Shown here: piece after piece, positions 20,078 to 29,347 of the stretch
Position numbering within the stretch: position 1 is the stretch's first letter
Layout: every line of letters starts with the position of its first letter
From: Kordiimonadaceae bacterium
GTDB lineage: Bacteria; Pseudomonadota; Alphaproteobacteria; Sphingomonadales; Emcibacteraceae
Reading direction: 5' to 3'
NCBI GenBank assembly: GCA_018675425.1
Contig: JABGYD010000057.1
Location: 34,339 to 98,338, forward strand
DNA length: 64,000 nt
Position numbers and translations under genes: made by a program
The notes under the pieces: model-generated
Seen by the model: only the letters and a program-made list of their open reading frames with translations
Database searches by the model: none
Told to the model about the DNA's origin: nothing

Positions 20078-21481
20078 ATGACTAAAGATACTATAATTAT
20101 CCTTACGTTAAGCGTTTATATTGTAGTGCTGATAACACTTGGTTATTTTGGTAGTCGTAAAACTTATAATAATACGGATTTCTTTATAGGTGGTAGGAGC
20201 CTTGGGCCGTTCGTTGCGTCAATGAGTTACGTAGCGAGTTCAGCTTCTGCCTGGGTCATGCTTGGCTTAAGCGGTATTGGTTATGCTGTTGGTATTTCTG
20301 CGCTCTGGGTAGTGCCGGGTCTTGCACTTGGTCATGGTTTCTCCTGGGTATGGGTAGCACCTCGTCTACAAAAGCTTTCACATGAAAAAAAATTAGTGAC
20401 CGTAACAGATATCCTTATTCTCGAGGGAAGTGATAAAACAAAAAAGAATATTCGAGTATTTACTGCATTAATTATTATTTTTTGTTTTATGTTTTATGTT
20501 GCCGCACAACTTCAGGCCGCCGGGGGAACATTTGCGGTTACCTTTGACCTTTCGCTTAGAAATAGCATCCTTCTTGGAGGATTTGTTATCATGATCTATA
20601 CTATGCTCGGTGGTTTTTGGGCGGTTAGTCTGACGGATACGCTGCAAGGGACATTAATGATGGTGGCATCTTTGTTGCTTCCAACTCTGGCATTGATTGA
20701 GGTTGGGGGAATTAGTGATTTTTGGCAAAATTATAAAGCATCCGCTTCGTTAGAGCAGCTATCCCTGGGTGGATCAAACACTGGATTAATGTTGATAGGG
20801 TTTGTGCTTGGTAGCATGTCCATTGGCCTCGGTGCATTAGGACAGCCGCACCTGCTCATTCGATTTATGTCAATGAAAAAAAATGTAAAAATGCGTGTGG
20901 CTCAAATTATAGCAATAAGCTGTGTTGCGGTCAGCATGATTGGGATGATAATTCTGGGAATGTGTGGAAGCATTATGGTAAACGAAATTTCTAATGCCGA
21001 AGATATTTTCTTTATGCTTACAGATAGCTTATTACCGGTTGTTTTAGGTGGGATAATGGTTGCCGCAGTGTTGAGTGCCGTTCTGTCAACTGCAGATAGC
21101 CAGCTGCTGGTATCAGCATCATCAATTGCTCACGATCTAATGGGGGAGGAAGCCGAGGGGCATAGCAAACTATTTGTATCAAGGATCGTTATTGCCGTTC
21201 TTTGTGTATTTGCGGTGATTACTTCAATATACCTCCCGAGTGATATTTTTTCTCGAGTTCTGTTTGCTTGGAATGCATTGGGTGCAAGTATAGGGCCGGT
21301 GATATTCATGAGGCTCGCGGGTGTAAGAGTAAACTCTCGGGCTATTTTGCCATCGATGATTTTTGGTTTTCTTATGACTATTATATTCTTTTTGCGGCCA
21401 GATGCGCCCGGAGATTTTCTTGAACGTGCGGGGCCGTTTATCTTATGTCTTTTGATACTCTATTTTACGAGAAGGAGATAA
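20078..21481 (+). CDS. Sodium:solute symporter family transporter (PutP/PanF-like)
   Basis: 467 aa with about 12-13 TM segments. It has the N-terminal SSS block FFIGGRSLGPFVASMSYVASSASAWVMLGLSGIGY. Confidence 0.75.
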   Translation: MTKDTIIILTLSVYIVVLITLGYFGSRKTYNNTDFFIGGRSLGPFVASMSYVASSASAWVMLGLSGIGYAVGISALWVVPGLALGHGFSWVWVAPRLQKLSHEKKLVTVTDILILEGSDKTKKNIRVFTALIIIFCFMFYVAAQLQAAGGTFAVTFDLSLRNSILLGGFVIMIYTMLGGFWAVSLTDTLQGTLMMVASLLLPTLALIEVGGISDFWQNYKASASLEQLSLGGSNTGLMLIGFVLGSMSIGLGALGQPHLLIRFMSMKKNVKMRVAQIIAISCVAVSMIGMIILGMCGSIMVNEISNAEDIFFMLTDSLLPVVLGGIMVAAVLSAVLSTADSQLLVSASSIAHDLMGEEAEGHSKLFVSRIVIAVLCVFAVITSIYLPSDIFSRVLFAWNALGASIGPVIFMRLAGVRVNSRAILPSMIFGFLMTIIFFLRPDAPGDFLERAGPFILCLLILYFTRRR

Positions 21482-21527
21482 TAGGCCTCTATTTTGTACT
21501 TTATTGCCCTACTGAGGCAACAGTTGA

Positions 21528-22163
21528 TTAGGGAAAGTAAATTATATCCTGCCCCTCATGCCACGGATCATATTTAGTCATGATATTTTGAAAAAGTTCG
21601 CTTTGCAAGTGGTATTGGAGCCATTTTTGTAGGTGCGGATATGGTAATTTATCAAAATAATCTTTATCAACAAAAGCGAATTGACGAATGAATGGGAAAA
21701 TAGAAAGATCTGTCACGGTCTGCTTATCTGCGCTTAAAAAGTTAGATCCTTTTAATTTTTCATTAATTAATTTCAGATAAAAGTTGCAATTTTCTCTATG
21801 GACATCTTTTGTAAGCTCTGGATTTTGGCTCGAATATTTATATTTATCAAGATGAATTTTAAATTGATTATCGTTGATCTTGACGAGTTCCTCCATTTCT
21901 TTCAAGTGTGGTTGCCATTGATTTGGGTCATTTTTTTTCACAGCCCAAATTATAATATCGCAGCTTTCGTCAATAATTACGCCATCAACGAGCTCGAGCA
22001 CTGGAACAGTAGCCTTGGGTGAGATGTTAACCATTTGCTGGGGTTTATTACGGAGTACAACCTCCCGCAATTCGCATTTAATTTGGCAAGAAAGTAAAAC
22101 TAGTCTTGCGCGCATTGCGTATGGGCAGCGTCTAAAGCTGTAAAGAATGGGAAATTCATTCAT
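21528..22163 (-). CDS. Glutathione S-transferase-like / thioredoxin-fold protein
   Basis: 211 aa. It has an N-terminal thioredoxin-like region with YSFRRCPYAMRARL and TVPVLEL, and a helical C-terminal domain. Confidence 0.65.
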   Translation of the reverse strand: MNEFPILYSFRRCPYAMRARLVLLSCQIKCELREVVLRNKPQQMVNISPKATVPVLELVDGVIIDESCDIIIWAVKKNDPNQWQPHLKEMEELVKINDNQFKIHLDKYKYSSQNPELTKDVHRENCNFYLKLINEKLKGSNFLSADKQTVTDLSIFPFIRQFAFVDKDYFDKLPYPHLQKWLQYHLQSELFQNIMTKYDPWHEGQDIIYFP

Positions 22164-22787
22164 TTAAGTGTTAATCGCTTCATTTATTTCAGTAACAGCT
22201 ATTTTTGGACCATCAGGATGATCCCATACACCGGAACATACGGCAACAAAATCTGCGCCCGCTTTTGCAATTGAGGAGGCATTTGAAGAGTTTATGCCGC
22301 CAATGGCAACACAGGGTATTTCAAAAATATCTTGCCACCACTGAAGTATTTCTGGGTAAGCAGTCGTTGCCATAGATTTTGTTTTAGTCGGGAAAAAAGC
22401 CCCAAAAGCAACATAGTCGGCCCCTTGCTCGCCGGCTGTCATGGAGATATGCTTGCTATCCTTACAAGTCACGCCGATAACTTTATTAACACCAATAATG
22501 CTTCGAACCTCTTCTAAAGTAGGGTCCTCTTGACCAATATGAACTCCGTCAGCACCAACAATTTTTGCAATATCTGCGTTGTCATTAATAATAAATGCGA
22601 CATCTTTGGCGTGACAAATAGGCATAAGTACTTTTGCTGCTTCAATAATATCTTCATCATTACTTTCTTTCATCCGGAGTTGGACGCTAGCCACATCCCC
22701 ACCCTCCAGGGCCTCCGTTAGGCTGCCTGCAAATTTATTTAAATTAAAAGTGGATGGGGTGATTAAGTAAAGGCGGGTTTTGGACAT
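22164..22787 (-). CDS. thiE: Thiamine-phosphate synthase
   Basis: 207 aa TIM-barrel pattern: VQLRMK, GADGVHIGQED, VAIGGI. Confidence 0.85.
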   Translation of the reverse strand: MSKTRLYLITPSTFNLNKFAGSLTEALEGGDVASVQLRMKESNDEDIIEAAKVLMPICHAKDVAFIINDNADIAKIVGADGVHIGQEDPTLEEVRSIIGVNKVIGVTCKDSKHISMTAGEQGADYVAFGAFFPTKTKSMATTAYPEILQWWQDIFEIPCVAIGGINSSNASSIAKAGADFVAVCSGVWDHPDGPKIAVTEINEAINT

Positions 22788-22830
22788 CGGCTTATCCTGT
22801 CTATGATCATTTCGTTTAGTCTAACATTGA

Positions 22831-24105
22831 TTAATCTGGGATCAAGGCATTATCAGCCAGTACTTGTCCGGCAAGATATAGTGAACCACAAATAATAACG
22901 GTGACCTCATGTTTATTACCTATTTTTACTAAAGCTTCTTCAACACTATTTGTAGCCGCTGAATTAACCTTTAAAGACCTTGCAATTTTAATTATGTTGG
23001 CGGCTGAATGGCTCGCCTCACCATCAATTTGAAGGCCGTAAAATTTAGAGATTCTTTTCTTAAATGCTTGAATATAACCAGAGGCATCTTTGTTTTCCAT
23101 CATACCGCATATTAGGATGAGTTTTCTATCTTTAAAGCTGTCTGCGACAACCTGACCAGCGGCTGGATTATGCCCCCCGTCTAGCCAAAGTTCACTTCCA
23201 TTATTAAGTAATTTACCGAAACGACTATTAGTAATATTCTGCATGCGAGCAGGCCACTTAGCATTAGTGATGCCCTTTGCTAAGTGTTCTTCATTAATTA
23301 AAATTTTATCCTGATGCCTAAGCACTGCGATGGCAAGTGCCGCATTTGAAACCTGATGAGTGCCATGTAAGTTTGGAATTGGTAAATCCAGGCTCCCTTG
23401 ACTATCACTATAAGTAAAACCGTTACTTTTAATTTGGTAGTCCCATTCAGTAATAAGTTTTCCCCCTTTTGAGGTTACAACTTCATGGATTACTTTATTG
23501 ACGGCCGGCTGTTGTTTTGCCGAGAGCAGGGGGGTATTTGTTTTTGCTATACTTGCCTTTTCGTATGCTATGCTAAGTAAATTATTTCCTAAAAAGTATT
23601 CGTGGTCAAGGGAGACGGGGGTGATTACTGTGCTGAGAGGTTGGTCAACAACGTTGGTAGCATCAAAGCGCCCACCCAAGCCAACTTCAAGTATTAGAAC
23701 ATCTGCAGGGTTGTCAGCGAATGCCTTAAAGGCTGCTGCAGTTGTGATTTCAAAATAAGTTATGGGCTCGCCAGCATTTATTTCCTCGCAGGCCTCTAGA
23801 ACTTCCTCAAGATAATTTTCACTAATAATCTTTCCATTCAAACGAATTCGTTCTGCAAATCGGACAAGATGGGGTGATGTATATACATGTATAGACAGGT
23901 TTGCCGATTCTAGAATTGATCGTAAATAGGCTGTGGTAGAACCTTTCCCATTGGTACCAGCAACATGAATAACTGGCGGCAATTTCTTTTCAGGATTACC
24001 AAGTTTATTCAAAATATCTTGCATTCGCCCAAGGGAGAGATCGATAGTTTTGGGATGTAATTTAAGGAGGCGTTTAAGTATTTTGTCACTAGTTATGTTA
24101 TTCAT
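22831..24105 (-). CDS. folC: Bifunctional folylpolyglutamate synthase / dihydrofolate synthase
   Basis: 424 aa Mur-ligase fold with P-loop HVAGTNGKGST, TSPHLVRFAERI and LDGGHNP. Confidence 0.87.
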   Translation of the reverse strand: MNNITSDKILKRLLKLHPKTIDLSLGRMQDILNKLGNPEKKLPPVIHVAGTNGKGSTTAYLRSILESANLSIHVYTSPHLVRFAERIRLNGKIISENYLEEVLEACEEINAGEPITYFEITTAAAFKAFADNPADVLILEVGLGGRFDATNVVDQPLSTVITPVSLDHEYFLGNNLLSIAYEKASIAKTNTPLLSAKQQPAVNKVIHEVVTSKGGKLITEWDYQIKSNGFTYSDSQGSLDLPIPNLHGTHQVSNAALAIAVLRHQDKILINEEHLAKGITNAKWPARMQNITNSRFGKLLNNGSELWLDGGHNPAAGQVVADSFKDRKLILICGMMENKDASGYIQAFKKRISKFYGLQIDGEASHSAANIIKIARSLKVNSAATNSVEEALVKIGNKHEVTVIICGSLYLAGQVLADNALIPD

Positions 24106-24114
24106 TTTCAGTGA

Positions 24115-24972
24115 CTAAGCTTCCTTATTTACAAGGAGGTTTAGAAGTTGGGTTAATTTTTCTTTCATCTTCGCTCTGTGCACTATCATGTCTATCATAC
24201 CGTGCTCTAAAAGGTATTCACTGCGCTGAAAGCCTTCAGGCAATTCTTCCCTAATAGTATCTTTTATTACCCGAGGACCTGCAAAGCATATCAATGCATT
24301 AGGTTCAGCTATTTGAATATCACCAAGCATAGCGTATGAAGCAGTAACTCCACCCGTAGTTGGATCGGTAAGTACAACAATATAGGGTAGACCCGCGTCA
24401 CGCAGACGTTGCACAGCAACCGTACAGCGGGGCATCTGCATTAAAGACAAAATACCTTCCTGCATACGAGCACCCCCAGCCGCAGCAAACAAAATAAGAG
24501 GAGAATTCTTCTCTATGGCTTGGTTAGATGCAGCAACGATACCATCGCCAACTCCAACACCCATTGATCCACCCATAAATAGGAAGTTCTGTACAGCAAT
24601 TACAGTACTGACGTCTCCCATTTTCCCGTAAGCAACTGCGATTGCATCTTTATATTCACTTTTTGCTCTAGCAGCTTTGAGACGTTCCGTATATTTTTTT
24701 TGATCTTTAAATTTAAGAGGATCGTCAGTCGGTACCGGAAGTTTAACTAGCTTATATTCACCGTTATTAAAAAGGTTTTTAAATCTCTCCGTTGGACCAA
24801 TACGCTCATGATGGTCACAGCTAGGACAAATATTTAGATTTTTTTCAACATCACTTACATAGAGTAACTGCCCGCAGCCCTTGCATTTGTGCCAGAGGTT
24901 ATCTGGAGTTTCAGATTTTTGCCCTATAATGCTCTGAATTTTAGGACGTACAAAATTTGTTAACCAGTTCAT
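24115..24972 (-). CDS. accD: Acetyl-CoA carboxylase carboxyltransferase beta subunit
   Basis: N-terminal zinc ribbon CKGCGQ...CPSCDHH and a carboxyltransferase domain (FMGGSMG). It sits in trpFBA-accD-folC synteny. Confidence 0.92.
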   Translation of the reverse strand: MNWLTNFVRPKIQSIIGQKSETPDNLWHKCKGCGQLLYVSDVEKNLNICPSCDHHERIGPTERFKNLFNNGEYKLVKLPVPTDDPLKFKDQKKYTERLKAARAKSEYKDAIAVAYGKMGDVSTVIAVQNFLFMGGSMGVGVGDGIVAASNQAIEKNSPLILFAAAGGARMQEGILSLMQMPRCTVAVQRLRDAGLPYIVVLTDPTTGGVTASYAMLGDIQIAEPNALICFAGPRVIKDTIREELPEGFQRSEYLLEHGMIDMIVHRAKMKEKLTQLLNLLVNKEA

Positions 24973-25817
24973 AGAAAGCCCTCGTGTTTTTTTCTAGCAT
25001 TTTGGACACCGTTTGCAAGTTTACCTACAAAGGAAAGAACTTTAACTTCTAGATCAGAATTTGCAACATTTTCTTGGTTTATGTTATTTTTTATAATATC
25101 TACAATTGCAGAGCCAACAACAACTGCATCAGCAAATTTTCCAAACTGCGCGGCATCTTCTGGGGTTTTAATACCAAAACCTACTGCAATTGGTATTTGT
25201 GATATTTTTTTAAAATTATTTAATGCAGTCTTAACTGGTTTAAGGTCAGGCTTGGCGGTCCCCGTCACACCAGCAATTGTAACATAATATAAAAACCCGG
25301 ATCCATTCTCAAGAATTTTATTTAAACGATTTTGGTCAGTAGTTGGTGTAGCAAGGTGTATCATCGCCATGCCCGCATCATTTGCTGGAATGGCTAATTC
25401 TTTATCTTCTTCAGGTGGTAAATCTACTACTATCATACCATCAATACCTGCTGCTAGAGCGTCCTCAATGAAATTTTGTACACCGTAAATATAGATTGGG
25501 TTATAATACCCCATAAGGATTATAGGCGTATCTTGGTCATGTTTCCTAAAACTACAAACCATCTCAAGAGTTTTTTTTAGGGTCATATTACCCTTAAGTG
25601 CACGAATGCTGGCTTCCTGAATAGCAAGGCCATCTGCCATCGGGTCAGAAAAGGGCATTCCTAGCTCAATGATGTCTGCACCGGCACCCGGAAGTCCTCT
25701 TAGGATATTCAGAGCTGTATTATAATCAGGGTCACCTGCTGTGGTAAAAGTGACTAGTCCGGCGCGACCTTCAGAATTTAATTGTTCAAATTTCGCATTT
25801 ATTCTTGAAATACCCAT
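24969..25817 (-). CDS. trpA: Tryptophan synthase alpha chain
   Basis: GADIIELGMPFSDPMADGLAIQ and GFGI motifs. Confidence 0.92.
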   Translation of the reverse strand: MGISRINAKFEQLNSEGRAGLVTFTTAGDPDYNTALNILRGLPGAGADIIELGMPFSDPMADGLAIQEASIRALKGNMTLKKTLEMVCSFRKHDQDTPIILMGYYNPIYIYGVQNFIEDALAAGIDGMIVVDLPPEEDKELAIPANDAGMAMIHLATPTTDQNRLNKILENGSGFLYYVTIAGVTGTAKPDLKPVKTALNNFKKISQIPIAVGFGIKTPEDAAQFGKFADAVVVGSAIVDIIKNNINQENVANSDLEVKVLSFVGKLANGVQNARKKHEGFL

Positions 25818-25820
25818 ATT

Positions 25821-27035
25821 CTAGATATCCTCACCAAGTGCTTCAGCTACTGTAAATATATCTTTATCACCACGGCCGCTTAAGCCCATAATCATTAGAT
25901 GATCTTTAGGTAGGTCTGGTGCTAGCTTACAAATATAGGCAATAGCGTGAGCACATTCCAGCGCTGGAATAATACCTTCTAGCTTTGAACAAAGTTGAAA
26001 GGCCTCGAGAGCCTCCGTATCTCTGATCGGTACGTACTTCACTCTACCAATTTCATGAAGGTGACTATGCTCAGGTCCAATGCCAGGATAATCTAATCCA
26101 GCTGAAATAGAATGAGCCTCCTGTATCTGCCCGTCATCATCCATAAGAAGATAAGTTCTGTTGCCGTGAAGTATACCTGGAGTTCCCCCGGAGAGGGAAG
26201 CAGCATGTTTATCAGTTTCAACGCCATGTCCAGCTGCTTCAATCGCATACATTTCAACATCATCATCAAGAAATGGATGAAAAAGACCAATGGCGTTTGA
26301 GCCACCGCCGACGCACGCGACAAGACTATCAGGAAGACGTCCTTCTTTTTCAAGAATTTGCTCACGTGTTTCATTTCCAATAACGCACTGAAAGTCCCGG
26401 ACTAGTTCAGGGTAGGGATGAGGTCCAGCTACAGTACCAATAATGTAAAAAGTATCTTCCACGTTGCCGACCCAATCTCTCATAGCCTCGTTCATGCTAT
26501 CTTTGAGACTTTCAGACCCAGATGTAACTGCAATAACCTCGGCTCCAAGGAGTTTCATACGAAAGACATTTGGTTTTTGACGTTCAATATCTTTAGCCCC
26601 CATATAGATCACGCAAGGCATGCCAAAAAGTGCACAAACTGTTGCAGTTGCAACGCCGTGCTGCCCTGCACCAGTTTCTGCAATTATACGTGTTTTACCC
26701 ATACGACGAGCTAGTAATATTTGCCCAACACAATTATTTATTTTATGGGCCCCGGTATGATTAAGCTCCTCGCGTTTAAAATATATTTTTGCACCACCAA
26801 GGTGTTCCGTTAGGCGTTTTGCATAATAAAGTGGGTTAGGTCTACCTACATACTCCTTAAGAAGTTCATTAAACTCTGCCTTAAAAGTTGGATCATCCTT
26901 TGCAGCCCTGTAAGTTTTTTCCACTTCTAGTATAAGGGGCATCAATGTTTCAGCTACATATCGCCCGCCGAATATTCCAAAATGACCATCTTCATCAGGA
27001 CTGTTCCGGTAGCTATTCATATTTTTATCACTCAT
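25821..27035 (-). CDS. trpB: Tryptophan synthase beta chain
   Basis: PLP-lysine block [11 protein letters not shown], plus GAGQHG and GGGSNAIG. Confidence 0.95.
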   Translation of the reverse strand: MSDKNMNSYRNSPDEDGHFGIFGGRYVAETLMPLILEVEKTYRAAKDDPTFKAEFNELLKEYVGRPNPLYYAKRLTEHLGGAKIYFKREELNHTGAHKINNCVGQILLARRMGKTRIIAETGAGQHGVATATVCALFGMPCVIYMGAKDIERQKPNVFRMKLLGAEVIAVTSGSESLKDSMNEAMRDWVGNVEDTFYIIGTVAGPHPYPELVRDFQCVIGNETREQILEKEGRLPDSLVACVGGGSNAIGLFHPFLDDDVEMYAIEAAGHGVETDKHAASLSGGTPGILHGNRTYLLMDDDGQIQEAHSISAGLDYPGIGPEHSHLHEIGRVKYVPIRDTEALEAFQLCSKLEGIIPALECAHAIAYICKLAPDLPKDHLMIMGLSGRGDKDIFTVAEALGEDI

Positions 27036-27682
27036 TCTTTAGTTTCCTGAATTACTTTCATAAACGTTTCTATCATACTTATATCTTTATTTCCTGGTTC
27101 GGATTCAAGGCCGCTCGAAATATCAACAATTTTTGCACCACTTATTTTGATTGCTTCTTGTACATTTTTTGCATGGAGACCTCCCGATAACATCCAAGGA
27201 ACATTCCATTGATAATCAGCAATTAGCTTCCAATCAAATACTAATCCGTTTCCACCTGGAAGCGCGTTATGCATTTCAATGGGTGCCTTAGCATCAAAGA
27301 GTAACATATCACATACACTCTCATATTCTTTGGCCTTATTGAGGTCACTGACATCAGAAACAGAAATTGCCTTCATTACACTTTTAGCAAATCGGGTGCT
27401 AATATATTTAACTCGCTCTGGATCCTCGTTGCCATGAAGCTGAATAACATCAAGATTAACAACTTTTAGGACGTTAGTGAGCAGGGCATCGCTGGGATTA
27501 ACAAAAACGCCGACTGTGAGTATATCTTGGTAGGGGGTTGCTAAAATTTCAGCCGCCTGATTAATGGTAACATTTCTCGGGGATGGTGGATAAAATACAA
27601 GTCCAATATACTTTGCTCCAGCTTTAACGGCGGTTAAAACTGTTTCTTTAGTTGATAGGCCGCAAATTTTTACTTTAGCCAT
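27032..27682 (-). CDS. trpF: N-(5'-phosphoribosyl)anthranilate isomerase
   Basis: MAKVKICGL..., QLHG, ATGA overlap with trpB. The ATG at 27682 is preferred. The ORF-track start at 27691 is a TTG overlapping the pyrF stop. Confidence 0.85.
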   Translation of the reverse strand: MAKVKICGLSTKETVLTAVKAGAKYIGLVFYPPSPRNVTINQAAEILATPYQDILTVGVFVNPSDALLTNVLKVVNLDVIQLHGNEDPERVKYISTRFAKSVMKAISVSDVSDLNKAKEYESVCDMLLFDAKAPIEMHNALPGGNGLVFDWKLIADYQWNVPWMLSGGLHAKNVQEAIKISGAKIVDISSGLESEPGNKDISMIETFMKVIQETKE

Positions 27683-27687
27683 CACGA

Positions 27688-28410
27688 TCAACTATTTATT
27701 TCTTCAACGATTGCCCGCACGGCAGCAACAGGGTCATCCGCCTGAGTAATAGGTCTTCCAATTACTAAGAAATCTGCACCCAGATTAATGGCTTCTTTCG
27801 GTGTCATAACACGCTTTTGGTCGCCTTTTCTGCTGCCGGCTGGGCGGATGCCAGGAACAACCAATTTAAAATCAGGGCCGCATGTATCTCTAATTAATTC
27901 AATTTCGTGTGGTGAACACACAACACCGTCCAGGCCACTCTTCTTTGCTAACTTGGCCATTTTCAAAACTTGGTTTGGCAAACTATCTTGGTAGCCAATA
28001 GCAGTTAAGTCTGCCTCGTCTAAACTAGTAAGGATTGTAACGCCAACAATCAAAGGACGAGGGCAACATTCTTGAGCCGCAGCTTCTGTGGCAGCATTTG
28101 CGGCGGCCACCATCATCGCGTATCCGCCAGCCGTGTGAATTGTCATAATTTTGGGGTGCAATCGCATTAAAGAGTGAATCGTCTTAGCTACTGTATTTGG
28201 AATATCATGAAGTTTTAAATCAAGAAAAATATTTTGGTTAGCTTTTATTATTTCTTTATAACCTTGCGGACCATTAGCCCCAAAAAACTCTAAACCTAAC
28301 TTTATACCACCCACATCTGAGCTAAGTGTTGCTGCGAGTGTGCTGGCTTGCGCCACATTAGTTGTATCAAGTGCGCATAAGATGCGTTCGGAGGGTTTTA
28401 GGTTTGCCAT
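27688..28410 (-). CDS. pyrF: Orotidine-5'-phosphate decarboxylase
   Basis: ALD..., the FLDLKLHDIPNT catalytic block, and LVIGRPI. Confidence 0.9.
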   Translation of the reverse strand: MANLKPSERILCALDTTNVAQASTLAATLSSDVGGIKLGLEFFGANGPQGYKEIIKANQNIFLDLKLHDIPNTVAKTIHSLMRLHPKIMTIHTAGGYAMMVAAANAATEAAAQECCPRPLIVGVTILTSLDEADLTAIGYQDSLPNQVLKMAKLAKKSGLDGVVCSPHEIELIRDTCGPDFKLVVPGIRPAGSRKGDQKRVMTPKEAINLGADFLVIGRPITQADDPVAAVRAIVEEINS

Positions 28411-28463
28411 CGTCGGTTCCGTTTAAGTTATTCTGATGGGGTTTTGCCATGCTTTTAGTCTTT

Positions 28464-28754
28464 TTACAAATCAATATTAGGTGGTGAAGAAGATTTTATT
28501 TTTTTTTCGAGTTCTTTAATTTTCTTATCGGTCAATCTCCGACGTTTTGCTTGCGATATACTGGAATATATAGAAACAATCCAACCACCTAAAAGTCCAA
28601 TAAAAATTCCTACAAAAACTAACCAGAATTTTGGAATAACAATATTTACAGGTAAAGGCTCTAAACTGAAGTTTACTAGTGAGTTATTAGACACCGCAAT
28701 AATAATACAGAGAAGAGTAAAGGTGATGAAAGCAAAATAAAAGATAAAGCGCAT
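28464..28754 (-). CDS. LapA-domain (DUF1049) inner-membrane protein
   Basis: 96 aa with two TM helices and a basic coiled tail. Its position directly downstream of ihfB is as in many alphaproteobacteria. Confidence 0.6.
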   Translation of the reverse strand: MRFIFYFAFITFTLLCIIIAVSNNSLVNFSLEPLPVNIVIPKFWLVFVGIFIGLLGGWIVSIYSSISQAKRRRLTDKKIKELEKKIKSSSPPNIDL

Positions 28755-28804
28755 GATTTAAGCCCTTCTTATTTGCGGTTACATGCTGCTAGTTCAATAA
28801 CAAC

Positions 28805-29086
28805 TTATTTGTTATTTAACTTTTCCCGCAGATCTTTACCTGTTTTAAAATAAGGCACACTCTTGGCCGGTACATCTACAGCTTGCCCAGTCCGGGGATT
28901 ACGACCAGCGCGAGCAGGGCGATCCTTGACTGAAAATGCACCAAATCCACGAAGTTCAACGCGATTACCTTCAGCAAGGGCGTTTGTAATTTCTTCAAAT
29001 ATAGTATTGACGATACGTTCTATGTCACGTTGATAAAGGTGAGGATTGGCATCCACTAATTTTGCTATCATCTCCGACTTTATCAT
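28805..29086 (-). CDS. ihfB: Integration host factor beta subunit
   Basis: [10 protein letters not shown]..., [39 protein letters not shown] trimmed the start to the ATG at 29086. The 26-codon extension in the ORF track has no homology pattern. Confidence 0.87.
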   Translation of the reverse strand: MIKSEMIAKLVDANPHLYQRDIERIVNTIFEEITNALAEGNRVELRGFGAFSVKDRPARAGRNPRTGQAVDVPAKSVPYFKTGKDLREKLNNK

Positions 29087-29286
29087 ATTCAAGTCCCTGC
29101 ATATTAATATAGTTACAATATTGTACTTAAATTCTAAATTGCCAGAGAGTTGTAAGTTCGTCAAGGCTAAGTCCTTATAAATCTTGTTTTTTATATAAAA
29201 TGGAGTTAATTTATATAAAAAAGTAAGACTTTATGCTTTTTTGATCTGATCAATATTGATCAGAGAGAATCAATATATGAAGTTAT

Positions 29287-29318
29287 GCAAAAAACCCGCC
29301 CGAAAAATCCGGGCGGGT
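29287..29318 (-). terminator. Intrinsic terminator of rpsA
   Basis: Minus strand ACCCGCCCG-gattttt-CGGGCGGGT followed by TTTTTTG, about 30 nt after the rpsA stop. Confidence 0.85.
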
Positions 29319-29347
29319 TAAATAATTCAACTAAAAGACAAGTTTTT

